DNA from: Octopus sinensis | Lineage: Eukaryota | Direction of reading: 5' to 3' | Assembly (NCBI RefSeq): GCF_006345805.1 | Contig: NW_021833796.1 | Coordinates: 1-57,926, forward strand | Length of the DNA: 57,926 nt | In this document: one piece after another, positions 26,978 to 39,383 of the stretch | How positions within the stretch are numbered: position 1 is the first letter of the stretch | Layout: each line of letters starts with the position of its first letter | Made by a program: the position numbers and the translations under genes | The notes under the pieces: generated by a model | Seen by the model: only the letters and a program-made list of their open reading frames with translations | The model's database searches: none | Told to the model about the DNA's origin: nothing

Positions 26978-27972
26978 GAAAAGCCTTTAATAAAAATAAT
27001 AATAAAAACAGACATTTCTTTTTTTGAAATATAATCCATCAAATATGAGGCGAGTATTAATATCTGTTTAAACATATCTAGTGAAATATCATCGTAATGC
27101 GTAAAACAACAGCTAAAATTATTATTGATTGAAGTTTTTTTTAATAAATGTGTTAAAATAGAATATTTGAATTAAAATATTCTTCTACATTGTACTTTGT
27201 TTCATGTTAAATTGTTTTATATATTTATCATCTCTTTTATTGTTATTTTTTTTTGTCATCTTTACAACCGAACGTTGTTATACAGAAATAGAAGTTATAG
27301 ACATTCCTTGACTATATAGCAATATATGAAGAGAGGACATATCCAAGGAAATTCCAGCACCTACCATATCCTCCGAACCGACATTAATGCCTTACCAAAA
27401 ACCGATTAGATGATATTGCCACTCTTAAGAATTTTTTCAAGGAGACTTACCAAGAATTTTGACATTAAAGAAAATAAAAGAGCTCTTGGTTTTTATTTTG
27501 CTAAGTTTCTAAACAATATCTTATACGTTTCAAGGAGTTTTTGTCCAGCATCGTGTGGACTTGATGAAGCGGAAAACATTGGTTGTTGTGCTGAAAACTT
27601 AGGAAGAAAATGGATATCATGAGAGGGTCAGAAGAATCAAAAGCCAGTTGCTTGACTTAAATGTCACAGTTGAACCATGAGACTGTATACAAGTGGATGA
27701 CATTTATGAAAAATCTCAGCATAATTATATAATTATAGACGTTCTCTTTATACATTTCTCTCTTGCTTATCCGAACTCCTAAACTAATTGTTAACATAAG
27801 AAATATCGTATTTTCTTGAGATGTTTTCTAATTGATGGGATTCAAATTTGTCTTTTGGGATAACAAAATAAAAATTTTTAAACACCAATAGAAACATTAA
27901 AAAAATATTTTAAAAAAGCTGTGTGGCTTTCATTTCAAAAAATTTCGATAAGTTTAGCCTTTTTAAATAATG

Positions 27973-28014
<42 letters not shown>

Positions 28015-28278
28015 TAATAATAATAATAATAATGATAATAATAATGATATTTTTTCTAATTTTGACACAAGCACAGCAGTTTTAAGAGGAAAGACCACGT
28101 GATTACATCGACTCTATTTTTAACTGATACTTATCTTATCGACCCCCACTGGTACTTACCAAAGTCGACCTCGGAGACATTTCAATTCAAAACATAAAGA
28201 GCTGAAAGAAATGCCACTAAGAATTTTTTTCCGATATGCTAACAATTCTGCCAGCTTGCTCAATAATAATAATAATAA

Positions 28279-28368
<90 letters not shown>

Positions 28369-29655
28369 TAATAATAGAAAAGCCTTTAATAAAAATAATA
28401 ATAAAAACAGACATTTCTTTTTTTGAAATATAATCCATCAAATATGAGGCGAGTATAATATCTGTTTAAACATATCTAGTGAAATATCATCGTAATGCGT
28501 AAAACAACAGCTAAAATTATTATTGATTGAAGTTTTTTTTAATAAATGTGTTAAAATAGAATATTTGAATTAAAATATTCTTCTACATTGTACTTTGTTT
28601 CATGTTAAATTGTTTTATATATTTATCATCTCTTTTATTGTTATTTTTTTGTCATCTTTACAACCGAACGTTGTTATACAGAAATAGAAGTTATAGACAT
28701 TCCTTGACTATATAGCAATATATGAAGAGAGGACATATCCAAGGAAATTCCAGCACCTACCATATCCTCCGAACCGACATTAATGCCTTACCAAAAACCG
28801 ATTAGATGATATTGCCACTCTTAAGAATTTTTTCAAGGAGACTTACCAAGAATTTTGACATTAAAGAAAATAAAAGAGCTCTTGGTTTTTATTTTGCTAA
28901 GTTTCTAAACAATATCTTATACGTTTCAAGGAGTTTTTGTCCAGCATCGTGTGGACTTGATGAAGCGGAAAACATTGGTTGTTGTGCTGAAAACTTAGGA
29001 AGAAAATGGATATCATGAGAGGGTCAGAAGAATCAAAAGCCAGTTGCTTGACTTAAATGTCACAGTTGAACCATGAGACTGTATACAAGTGGATGACATT
29101 TATGAAAAATCTCAGCATAATTATATAATTATAGACGTTCTCTTATACATTTCTCTCTTGCTTATCCGAACTCCTAAACTATTGTTAACATAAGAAATAT
29201 CGTATTTTCTTGAGATGTTTTCTAATTGATGGGATTCAAATTGTCTTTGGGATAACAAAATAAAAATTTTTAAACACCAATAGAAACATTAAAAAAATAT
29301 TTTAAAAAGCTGTGTGGCTTTCATTTCAAAAAATTTCGATAAGTTTAGCCTTTTTAAATAATGATAATAATAATAATATAATAATAATATAAAATAATAA
29401 TAATAAAATAATAATAATAATAATAATGATAATAATAATGATATTTTTTCTAATTTTGACACAAGCACAGCAGTTTTAAGAGGAAAGACCACGTGATTAC
29501 ATCGACTCTATTTTTAACTGATACTTATCTTATCGACCCCCACTGGTACTTACCAAAGTCGACCTCGGAGACATTTCAATTCAAAACATAAAGAGCTGAA
29601 AGAAATGCCACTAAGAATTTTTTTCCGATATGCTAACAATTCTGCCAGCTTGCTC

Positions 29656-29711
<56 letters not shown>
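26886..29711 (+). repeat. Near-identical tandem duplication (AAT)n-U-(AAT)n-U-(AAT)n, period about 1.4 kb
   Basis: Identical 70-aa ORFs at 27410 and 28806 (offset 1396); each unit contains a family B SINE (28085-28261, 29479-29655, minus strand). Confidence 0.97.
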
Positions 29712-29712
<1 letters not shown>

Positions 29713-29925
29713 CCTTTCTACTGTCGGCGCAAGGCCTGAAATTTTGGAGGAGGGGGTTAAGTCGATCACATCGACCTAAGTACTTGACTGGTATTTAATT
29801 TATTGACCCTGAAAGAATGAGAAGCAAAGTCGACCTCGGCGGAATTTGAACTCAGAACGTAGCAACGAGCGAAATATCGCTAAGCATTTTCCCCGGCGTG
29901 CTAACGATTCTGCCAGCTCACCACC
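29712..29925 (-). mobile_element. SINE family B, full length, abutting (AAT)n
   Basis: AAAGTCGACCTCGGCGGAATTTGAACTCAGAACGTA..TAAGCATTTT..CGGCGTGCTAACGATTCTGCCAGCTC. Confidence 0.88.
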
Positions 29926-29979
29926 CAATGTAACACACATGCACATATTTGCATACCTGTATGCATTTATATATATATA

Positions 29980-30753
29980 TTGGGTTGAGCAAAAGGTTCG
30001 TTCTTTTTTTTCCGTTGCACGTGAACACTTGTTAGATGCATGACATACCAACGTTGCTTGACGCGAACTTGCGACGAGCAGTATCAATAGGTCATGCTGT
30101 TATAATTTAAGATTGGAAAACTGCAGGAAACTGCAGGAAAGTATGTACTGTATATGGATAAGTGGCTGTTACGGAAAGTGTGTGCCGAAAGAGGTTTCCA
30201 AGATTTCAATCTTGAAACTCTTCAATTTAAGATGCATCTCGTTCTGGTCAACAAACTGAGATTAACAGTGACAAAATGAAGGAGTTATCAAACCCCGTTA
30301 TACGACCAGGAAGATCACAAATATTCTTCAAATATCCAAATCAAGAGTTGAAAAGTATCTGCATCAACTTGGTTACGTCAGCAGGTTCGATGTTTGGGTC
30401 TCACGTCAGCTGAATAAGAAGAATAAGGCCCAACGACTATCCATCTGCGATTCGTTGCAGATACACAGGGAAAATGATCCCTTTTTTAAAGATAATAATG
30501 ACAAGGCCACGAAAAATGGATCGTCTATAACAGTGGAAAGAGCAAATAATCATAGAGTAAGTGCAGTGAACCACTACCATCTCCAAAGGACGGTTATGCT
30601 TTGGTTTATGGTAAGGGTGCTGTCTGTTACAAGCTAGTTCTCACGAACAGGACAAACTAAACGCAACTATCCATCCAGCAAAATTGTCCAGCACTTGCTA
30701 ATCGTAAAAGCATTGTCTTTTAACACGACAAAGGCAGACCGCACAAGTCTTAG
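29980..30753 (+). pseudogene. Degenerate mariner (DD34D) transposon 5' two-thirds with left TIR
   Basis: TA|TTGGGTTGAGCAAAAGGTTCG TIR; translation with frameshifts DASRSGQQ..LGYVSRFDVWVSRQL..RLSICDSL..NDPF..EKWIVYN..LANRKSIVF*HDKGRPH. Confidence 0.88.
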
Positions 30754-30774
30754 CAGACATGGCAGACGTTATTG

Positions 30775-31085
30775 GGGCTTGGTCTCTTTGTCCGAACCAC
30801 TACTGAATGAGAATGTAAACACAACACGTGCTGTTGAGCGGTGCTAGGAGACGAACACTGAACACAGCAACACACACACACACATACACATACATACACT
30901 GATATACACACATACATATCTATATACGACGGACTTCTTTCAGTTTCCGCTACCAAATCCACAGACAAGGCTTCGGTCGGCCGGAGACTATAGTAAAAAG
31001 CACACTTGCCCGCGGTGCCATCTGTAGGATTGAATCCAAAACCATATGGTTAGAAAACAAACTTATTACCACAGCCTCGTCTGCG
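30775..31085 (-). mobile_element. SINE family A, diverged, truncating the mariner
   Basis: TACGACGGACTTCTTTCAGTTTCC..ACCAAATCCAC..CACTTGCCC. Confidence 0.8.
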
Positions 31086-31134
31086 TCTATATTGTATATA
31101 TATATTTATACATATGCATACGTGTATATTTATA

Positions 31135-31182
<48 letters not shown>

Positions 31183-31929
31183 ATATAGTGAGAGATAGAG
31201 ATAGAGGGATATATAGATTGATAGATAGATATGCATACGCAAATATATATGTATATATATACGTATATAATATTTACATGCATATATATATGTGTATATT
31301 TACATATGTATACATATGTGTGTGTATGTCTGTATGTATCGGAGTGCGTATTTTATATGTACATACGAATGCATGTATATATATTTACATATGCATTTAT
31401 ATATACTGCATATATGTGTGTGTATATTTAAGCATACATGTATATGTGTGTGTGTGTGTATCTATACACTTATACATACACGTTGATATATATGTATATA
31501 TGTATAGATATATATATTGCCTTTACTAAGGTAGAAACTTTTAGGACGATCTGATTAGTATCTATTGATCTCAGAACCTCATGGCAGAAAGAATACTCCT
31601 AATTTGCCCTCTGAGAGATTTGTAACTTATCGTTGATTATAACTTATTGCTAATTATATTGTATATAAATTATGACGATGCTAATAGGTCACTCTCATTT
31701 GTATAAGAGTACATACAACCACAATTGTAGATTAATTAATGCATAACGCATTAAAAAGTTTGTTTCTCCTTTTAAGAAATAGAAACATAAATTGAATTAT
31801 CAAAAAAAAAACTTGTTTACATCAATCATATAATTAACAATTATATGATTATCATATAATTAACAGCTATCTTAAAATAAATAGATTTAAAAAGGTCCCA
31901 CATGAAAACAATATTACCTAAGATTATAT

Positions 31930-32270
31930 GATTTCAAGTCTTGTGCCTAGAATTATTTTGGGGGATGGGTAAGTCAATAACATCAACCCCAGTGATGTAA
32001 TTGAGGAAGAAAGGAAGAAACGCCAAGTCAACCACTTCAGAATATAAACTCAGAACTTAGAGACAAACAAGATGTCGCGAAGCATTTCGTTCCACCAGCT
32101 CGCCGCCTCTGAATAAGATTATATAATCGTTTTTATTAAAGGTACAATGCTTGAAATTTAGACGAAGGGATGAAAGGCAAAGTTGACTTTACTAAGAACG
32201 TAAAGACAGATGAAATGCCGCTAAGCATTTCGGCCGGCGTGTTTAACGGTTCTACGACTTCTCCGCCTTT
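31930..32270 (-). mobile_element. Two degenerate SINE family B copies (31930-32110, 32135-32270)
   Basis: CCAGCTCGCCGCCT and GATGAAAGGCAAAGTTGAC..ACGTAAAGACAGATGAAATGCCGCTAAGCATTT motifs. Confidence 0.75.
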
Positions 32271-32789
32271 GACTAGAATTATATGACAAAAAGGAGTTTT
32301 GCTCTAATTTTAGTAAGAAAAGCCTTTCGGATTATAATATACTTGTTCACCCAGCTGGAACGTAGGATACTGGCAATTCTTTACGAATTTACACACTTCT
32401 TTTTAGAAGTATCATATCTCAGTTGCCAAAAAATGTGAAAAATTAAAATAGAGGCATCGTAATATTGCACTGCTTGATGAATAGATATTGGAGGACTACG
32501 AGGGATCTCTAAAGACGTGATGGTTATTGAAAAGGACACTAATAGGCTTTCCACTGCTGGAAAACCAATCACGCATCAGAACATATGAGACTCCGTGATT
32601 CGACCAGAACCAACTTATTTAACGTGGGGGTACTATGCAAAGCCCAAAAGCTACGGTATCCGTCTCGTGCAAACATCTCGTATAGACGAATAATATTAAA
32701 ATAGCACTTGAGTATATTCGTAGCAGACGAAAAGCAAAAGCGGTGGAATTGCTAAATCTAGAATTCTGCGTCTATGAGGGTCATATGTG

Positions 32790-32881
<92 letters not shown>

Positions 32882-33632
32882 GCGTGAGAGAGAGATATGT
32901 ATACGTGTATACATACATATAAATATACATACATCTATGAAGTGCTTCTTTCATTTTCTATCTACCAAAATCAATTACGGCTTGTATGTGTGTACATGTG
33001 TGCGTACATGCGTGCGTGTGTGCGTGTGTGTATGCGTCCGTGTGCTTGTGTGTGTGCGTCCGTGTGCTTGCATGTGTGCGAGAGTGTATGTGTGTATTAA
33101 ACTGTAGAAACGAAGGTGATGATACACCAGGCAATAATTTGATTCATATAGTATTCACATTACTTGTCAACATAAAACCAAACCTTCGTGCGTGTACAGA
33201 AAACCACGCCAATGCAGTTCAATATATAACAAGATCACTTGTCCTGATTGACATTATTCAGATACTGATAACATCATCATAAATGTCACAGTAAATTAAC
33301 AAACAAAGAGACAGTCTTGTTGATATAAACATTTCTAAGACAGAATTTCTTCAAGTCACCGCCTATTGTTCCTTAATTATTAAGACTTTCATCAGAGTCA
33401 ACAAATTGGGGTGAACTCGTCGATTTCATACTCAGAAACTAATTTATAATTAATTAACTGATTAAACAAAAGTGACAATTTTAATTAAATTGCGTAACTT
33501 TTTGAACGTAGCTATAATGCTTGTGTAAAAATACCAATATATATACATATGTTTGCGGGGAGATATGCTTGTAAATATGAATATAAAATTAATTTATATG
33601 CGCTAACTTAAACACACACACACACACATATA

Positions 33633-33660
33633 CAGGGTGTTCGGGTTAAATTTGACGATT
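33633..33660 (+). mobile_element. Possible unpaired Tc1/maT-type TIR
   Basis: TA|CAGGGTGTTCGGGTTAAATTTGAC about 0.85 kb upstream of a DD37D transposase relic; no matching right TIR found. Confidence 0.4.
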
Positions 33661-33789
33661 ATTTACGTTTCCTCTTTTCAGGAAAAGCATTGGCGAACAG
33701 TTCACGCCGTTGGCGGGCATACGGATTAAAATAAGTGGTAGTTGAGAAAAATGTTCGACATGGAAAACTTGACGTCATTTGTATATTGG

Positions 33790-34002
33790 TTTCAAATTTT
33801 GGCTCAAGGCCAGCAATTTCTAGGTATGCTCTAAGTCGAACACATCACCCCTGGTGCTCAACTTGTACATATTTTTACAACCCCGGAAGCATGAAAGGCA
33901 AATTCAACCTCGGCGGAATTTGAACTCAGAACGTAAACATGAACGAAATGTCGCTAAGCATTTCCTCGGCCTGCTAACGCTTCTGCCAGATCAGCGCCTT
34001 AA
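33790..34002 (-). mobile_element. SINE family B
   Basis: ATGAAAGGCAAATTCAACCTCGGCGGAATTTGAACTCAGAACGTAAA. Confidence 0.85.
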
Positions 34003-34028
34003 ATCATTTGAATATTAGAAAAGAGTTA

Positions 34029-34135
34029 GCTGCGTGGCAACTCGGGCAAGTGTCTTCTACTATAGCCTCGGGCCGACCAAAGCCTTGTGAGTGGATTTGG
34101 TAGATGGAAACTGAAAGAAGCCCGTCGTATATATG

Positions 34136-34170
<35 letters not shown>

Positions 34171-34393
34171 TTGTGGTCTGTGTTTGTTCCCCCAACATTG
34201 CTTGACAACTGCCGCTGTTGTATTTACGACCCCGTAAATTAGCGGTTCGGGAAAAGAAACCGATAGAATAAGTACTAGGCTTACAAAGAATAAGTCCTGA
34301 GGTCGATTTGCTCGACTAAACGGTGGTGTTCCAGCATGGCCACAGTCAAATAACTGAAACAATTAAAAGAGTAAAAAGAGTAAAAAGAGAGTA
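34029..34393 (+). mobile_element. SINE family A, 5'-truncated
   Basis: CGGGCAAGTGTCTTCTACTATAGCCTCGGGCCGACC.. to (GAGTAAAAA)n tail. Confidence 0.9.
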
Positions 34394-34479
34394 TCATGAT
34401 GGTTTAATCCGGGTATCAAAATGTCGACATCGTGGCTACTCAATCTTCTGTGAACACTGTAAAGTCTGTAAGATGTAAC

Positions 34480-34978
34480 ATGAATATCAGGAATCCAAGT
34501 TCTTCCGAAGCGAGATAGTCATTGAGAGTGTTTCCAGTGAGGGTAACGTCATAGCACCCCACATCTTTGAGCAAGGCCTTAAGCTCAATTCAGACGGTTA
34601 TGTGAAGCTGCCAGAGACTGAAGTCAAACACTTGCAACAGGGGATAGCTATTGGAAGGCTATATGCGAGGCAGCAGGATTAGACTCCTTACCATAAATCT
34701 GGAAAGAATCAAAACCGGTTTCCGGAGAATTTCTACAACTTCGCCAGCCCAAATTTCTGGCCTCCGATTTCCACGATTGTAATACCATGGATGAGTTTTT
34801 CTGAGTTGCTTTTGAGAAAGACACCAACCACTCTGCCTGAAACAGCAAGGTTAAGCTAGTGACCAAGATCAAGGAGGTGTTCGAAAATCATACAAGGGAC
34901 ACAGTGAGGAATACATGTGCCAGATTCCGGAACCGTCTTGAGGCCGCGGTGGTAGTTGAGGAAGGCTACTTCGAATAA
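34480..34978 (+). pseudogene. Tc1/mariner-superfamily DD37D (maT-like) transposase C-terminal relic
   Basis: VSSEGNVIAPHIFEQGLKLNSDGYVKL..QQD*TPYH..FWPP-(SP)DCNTMD..VAFEKDTN..CARFRNRLEAAVVVEEGYFE*. Confidence 0.85.
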
Positions 34979-35105
34979 AACTGTTATCTCCCAACCATAG
35001 ACTAGTTGATATTTTTTAATTCTTTAAAATACTTTTATTTGAGAATGGGATATTGTCTCTGTTTTCTTTTATTCAAACTGTTAGGTTTAGCCCTAATGCA
35101 TACTT

Positions 35106-35517
35106 TCTCTTTTACTCTTTTACTTGTTTCAGTTATTTGACTGTGGCCATGCTGGAGCGTCGCCTTTAGTCGAGCAAATCGACCCCAGGACTTATTCTTT
35201 GTAAGCCTAGTACTTATTCTATCGTTCTCTTTTGTCGAACCTCTAAGTTACGAGGTCGTAAACACACCAGCATCGGTTGTCAAGCGATGTTGGGCGGACA
35301 TACACAAGCACACAAACATATACACACACACATACATACATATATATACATATATACGACGGGCTTCTTTCCGTTTCCGTCTACCAAATCCACTCGCAAG
35401 GCTTTGGTCGGCCTGGGCTATAGTAGAAGACACTTGCCCAAGGTGCCACACAGTGGGACTGAACCCGGAACAATGTGGTTGGTAAGCAAGCTACTTACCA
35501 CACAGCCACTCCTACGC
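35106..35517 (-). mobile_element. SINE family A, full length, well preserved
   Basis: Reverse complement of complete head (GCGTAGGAGTGGCTGTGTGG), core and tail. Confidence 0.93.
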
Positions 35518-36352
35518 ACGTACATATTTATTTAGTCATTGCTATCTGGGATCATACTAAATATATATACACCGCTGAGAGGCATGATGCCGTGCTTTTT
35601 GTCTGGAGGAAAATATTTTCTTAGATTTTCCCCCAGTCAAAACAATATAAAAAATATACGTAGGAGAGAGGTGAACATTGTTTCAGTAATGAATCAAAAG
35701 AAAGATAGGCGCGATCCATCTAACCTAAATTTTGTCAGAGCCGTGGTGCAATCTGTCACCTATTAAGACAAATTTCTTGCTTTGATTTATAGCAAACAGT
35801 GAATGTTACTTTTATTTGTATTCCGGAAAGCTTATCGGAATGCAAATGAAACGGTGAGCAACGTTACGGAGAGAAACAAGTTCTTGATGTTTCCACTGAA
35901 GTCCTGAATGTATAGTTGCTCGCTGATGTCATCAATCTGTGACAAAATCTTTTTTTGTCGTTTTACATGTACTTTTACATCTGAACACAGTGATTTTCAG
36001 TTCAATTGCTACAGACTCCGCCAATATTCTTACTATATATGTAACACTATGCGTATATATATTATATATATATATATATATTATATATATATATATATAA
36101 TATATATATATATATATTATATATATATATATATACATATATAATAAATATTAGGGAATAAATCCAAACTTACAGGGAAAAATCAGATTTAGGATTGAAT
36201 CCAATTTTATAGTAAAATATTATATTATATTAAATTAGAGACAAAACCACTATTAGGCAAATCATATAATGAAAATCTTAAGCCAATACATAAGATTATT
36301 TATTTATATTATTTAAATATATAACAAAATTATTAAAAAAATATAATTAATA

Positions 36353-36420
36353 TAACACTACGATCGTTTCATGGCTGTTAATTTCTTTAATTTTCGAGTT
36401 ACAGTCATTCATCAGGTGGT
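36353..36420 (-). ncRNA. Minimal type I hammerhead ribozyme motif (left arm)
   Basis: Minus strand CAC-CTGATGA-ATG(A)CTGT..ACAG(C)CAT-GAAA-CGATCG-TA^GTG; predicted cut between 36359 and 36358. Confidence 0.8.
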
Positions 36421-36526
36421 TTAAATATTTATCCTGGCGAGGTTTAAACCTCGCCAAGATAAATATTTAAACCACCTGATGAATGACTGTAACTCGAAAA
36501 TTTACCTAGCCAAGTTAAATATTTAA

Positions 36527-36595
36527 ACCACCTGATGAATGACTGTAACTCGAAAATTTAAAGAAATTAACAGCCATGAAACGATCGTAGTGTTA
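36527..36595 (+). ncRNA. Minimal type I hammerhead ribozyme motif (right arm)
   Basis: CAC-CTGATGA(36532-36538)-stem II-GAAA(36578-36581)-CGATCG-TA^GTG; predicted cut after 36589. Confidence 0.8.
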
Positions 36596-36978
36596 TATTA
36601 ATTATATTTTTTTAATAATTTTGTTATATATTTAAATAATATAAATTAAATAATCTTATGTATTGGCTTAAGTTTTTCATTGTATGATTTGCCTAATAGT
36701 GGTTTTATCTCTAATTTAATATAATATATAATATATATTTTTTTAATTATAAATTAGGGTATCTACGAGATACCACCATGCTGAAAATAGCAGCCATGAT
36801 CTGACTCCTAAACCACCTTAATTGATCATATCGCAAACACGGAGAGAAAACAAAGAGGCAAGATGAAGCTAGTAAAAAATTACTGGATAATTCTAGATCC
36901 CGGATTTCTGATTTCGCATTTAGGAATGCTTTGCCTCCTCAGTAGAATACACACAGAAAAGAAACATAAATACATACA

Positions 36979-37059
<81 letters not shown>

Positions 37060-37149
37060 CTCTATATATATGTATATAAATACAACATACGAATATTTAC
37101 ATATACGAACGTATACATACATATATATGCACGTATGCATCATGTCTAG

Positions 37150-37198
<49 letters not shown>

Positions 37199-37412
37199 TA
37201 TATTAAACCTATATATGTATAAATAATAAACCCATTCATTATATATGTACACACACGCACACACACATATAAATATATATACATATATGTGCGTGGGTGT
37301 GTGTATATATATATATATATAGATGCATTTGAAGAGAGAGAGGAAAGAGATAGATAGATAGATAGGCAGACAGACAGACATACATACAGACAGACAGATT
37401 GATAGATAGACT

Positions 37413-37496
<84 letters not shown>

Positions 37497-37720
37497 TAAA
37501 GATTCATATGTGCATGTTAAATTTCACTCCAATATTTCGAATTCCTAACTGTGTTTAACAACATCATTTGCAGAGAAACGTCTATCACCTAGTATAAAAC
37601 GAAAGGGACCGCCATTTCAAGCGAAATAGTAACCAGCCAGCAGCAGTCACATATGAATTCAATTTGGGTATCAACCATTTCTCCTTGATTATATATATAT
37701 ATATACACTTGTGTGTGTGT

Positions 37721-38054
37721 GTATAAAGTCACAAATTACTGAGAAATAGCTTGATTAAATTTTATTTAAGAATGACAAATTTGTAATATCAAGACAAATT
37801 GTTTCGTAATTTAAAAGCATGTAAATAATTTATATTATCATGTTTAATAATAAATAAATTACATGCATTATTTTAAAGGAATTTTGCATTTTGCATTAAT
37901 GCAGCCATGTAAGTAATATTTTTACTTTTAAATATGATAATATAAATTATTTACATGTATTTAAGTTACGAAACAATTTGTCATGATATTAGAATTTTTC
38001 TATTTTAACATGAAATTTCATCAAAGTATTTCTTAGTTAATTGTGACTTTATAC
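37721..38054. mobile_element. Foldback element, about 120-bp arms around a roughly 90-bp AT spacer
   Basis: GTATAAAGTCACAA.. / ..TTGTGACTTTATAC; inner arms GACAAATTGTTTCGTAA / TTACGAAACAATTTGTC; left end abuts (TG)n. Confidence 0.85.
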
Positions 38055-38138
38055 ATTCCTTGTCGTTTTCTCTTGTAGCGTATTATATATTCTATGGGTT
38101 TTATAGAATAATACATTAAAGAGGTTTTCTTATGAGTA

Positions 38139-38183
<45 letters not shown>

Positions 38184-38187
<4 letters not shown>

Positions 38188-39383
38188 GTTGGCAACTAAG
38201 TTCCCGCATTTTTTAATTTAATTTTTTAAAAGTTTTAATAAAAATAACAACTAATTAATCAATAATGTATTCACCCTTGTTGTTTACAACTTCTTCCCAA
38301 AGTTCAACAAGATATTCAATACCTCGTTGGTAGAAATCACCCGATTTCGACACGAAAAACTGATCCAACCAAGCTCTCAATTCTGCATCAGTATTGAATG
38401 AAACTTTGCACATAGCATTTGAAAGAGATCGTGCCAAATCAGGAGAGTAAGGCGAGTGTGCCACCACTTCCCAGTCATGCGTTTAAATGGTTTCCCTGGT
38501 TATATTGGCGTGGTCGTGCAGCAGAAGAACTCTATGCTGCCGATTAGGTCTTTTCTCTTGAACAGCCGTGTTGAGTCGTTCCATCTGTTGAACATAGAGT
38601 TCTGCGTTGACCGTTTGGTTCCGTTCAAGCAATTCGTAATTCCCAGTCCCACCATATGCACAACATCGTATTATGCAGATGAAGATCTTGTTTCACACGC
38701 GGTGTCGCTTGTTTACCGGGGCTAAACCATTCCTTCCGCTGCTTCATATTGATGTACAGGCACCACTTTTTGTCGCCAGTAACGATTCAGTAAAGAAATC
38801 GTTGCTTGTGCCCATGAGTTGAGCGGAGATTGTGGTCCATTGATATTTGTTGTTGTCACTTAAAGCATGCGGAACTCATGCTCCATACATCTGAACCTTT
38901 CCCATCGAGTGAAGATGCTTCTCTATAGCAGTTTGTGAGCATTCCATTTTCTCTGCCAGTTCCCTTGTCGTTTGACGAGAATTTTCGTGCAAAAGTTGGT
39001 TTAATTGCTCTTCGTCGAACTCAACTGGACGGCCAGAACGAGGTGCATCTTTCAGGTCAAAATTTCCATTTTTTAACTTGGTTTACCAATCACGAGCAGT
39101 TCTTTCAGCTATGGCACCCTCTCCATACACAGCACAAATGTCGCGAGCAGCTTTTGCGGCCTTAGAACCTTGATTAAAAGCAAAAAAGAGGTGTCGAAAA
39201 TGTTCGTTTTTCTTAACTTGACATTCCATTTTAATGATCTGAAGATATACAAAAATTAACTAAAATAAGTTAGGAAAGAAAAACAAAATAGATTCCAAAA
39301 TGATTCAAAAACAGAATTCTCGTAAAAAAAAAAAAATAGATTCCAAAATTGAAAAAACGGCGAGAACTTAGTTACCAAACCAA
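38184..39383 (-). mobile_element. Full-length (1200 bp) mariner element with both TIRs and TA target duplication
   Basis: TA|TTGGGTTGGCAACTAAGTTCCCGC ... GCGAGAACTTAGTTACCAAACCAA|TA (3 mismatches in 24 bp). Confidence 0.95.
38255..39229 (-). pseudogene. Mariner DD34D transposase pseudogene
   Basis: MECQVKKNEHFRH..DAPRSGRP..*VPHALS..IVTGDKKW..LLHDHA..PYSPDLA-RSLSN..KGEYIID*; stops, frameshifts and deletion of the PSDYHLF motif. Confidence 0.95.

Larger units (their letters stand above)
36220..36728. mobile_element. Spacer-less about 225-bp-arm palindrome with an extra 56-bp tandem unit (PLE pseudo-LTR-like)
   Basis: Centre GGCGAGGTTT|AAACCTCGCC at 36445/36446; arms match with a few substitutions; the left side extends to a (TA)n tract at about 36140. 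Confidence 0.93.

Noticed and set aside
33340-33430. Minus-strand CTGATGA with a nearby GAAA (possible type II or I hammerhead)
   Set aside because: Stems and the NUH site cannot be assembled consistently in either topology
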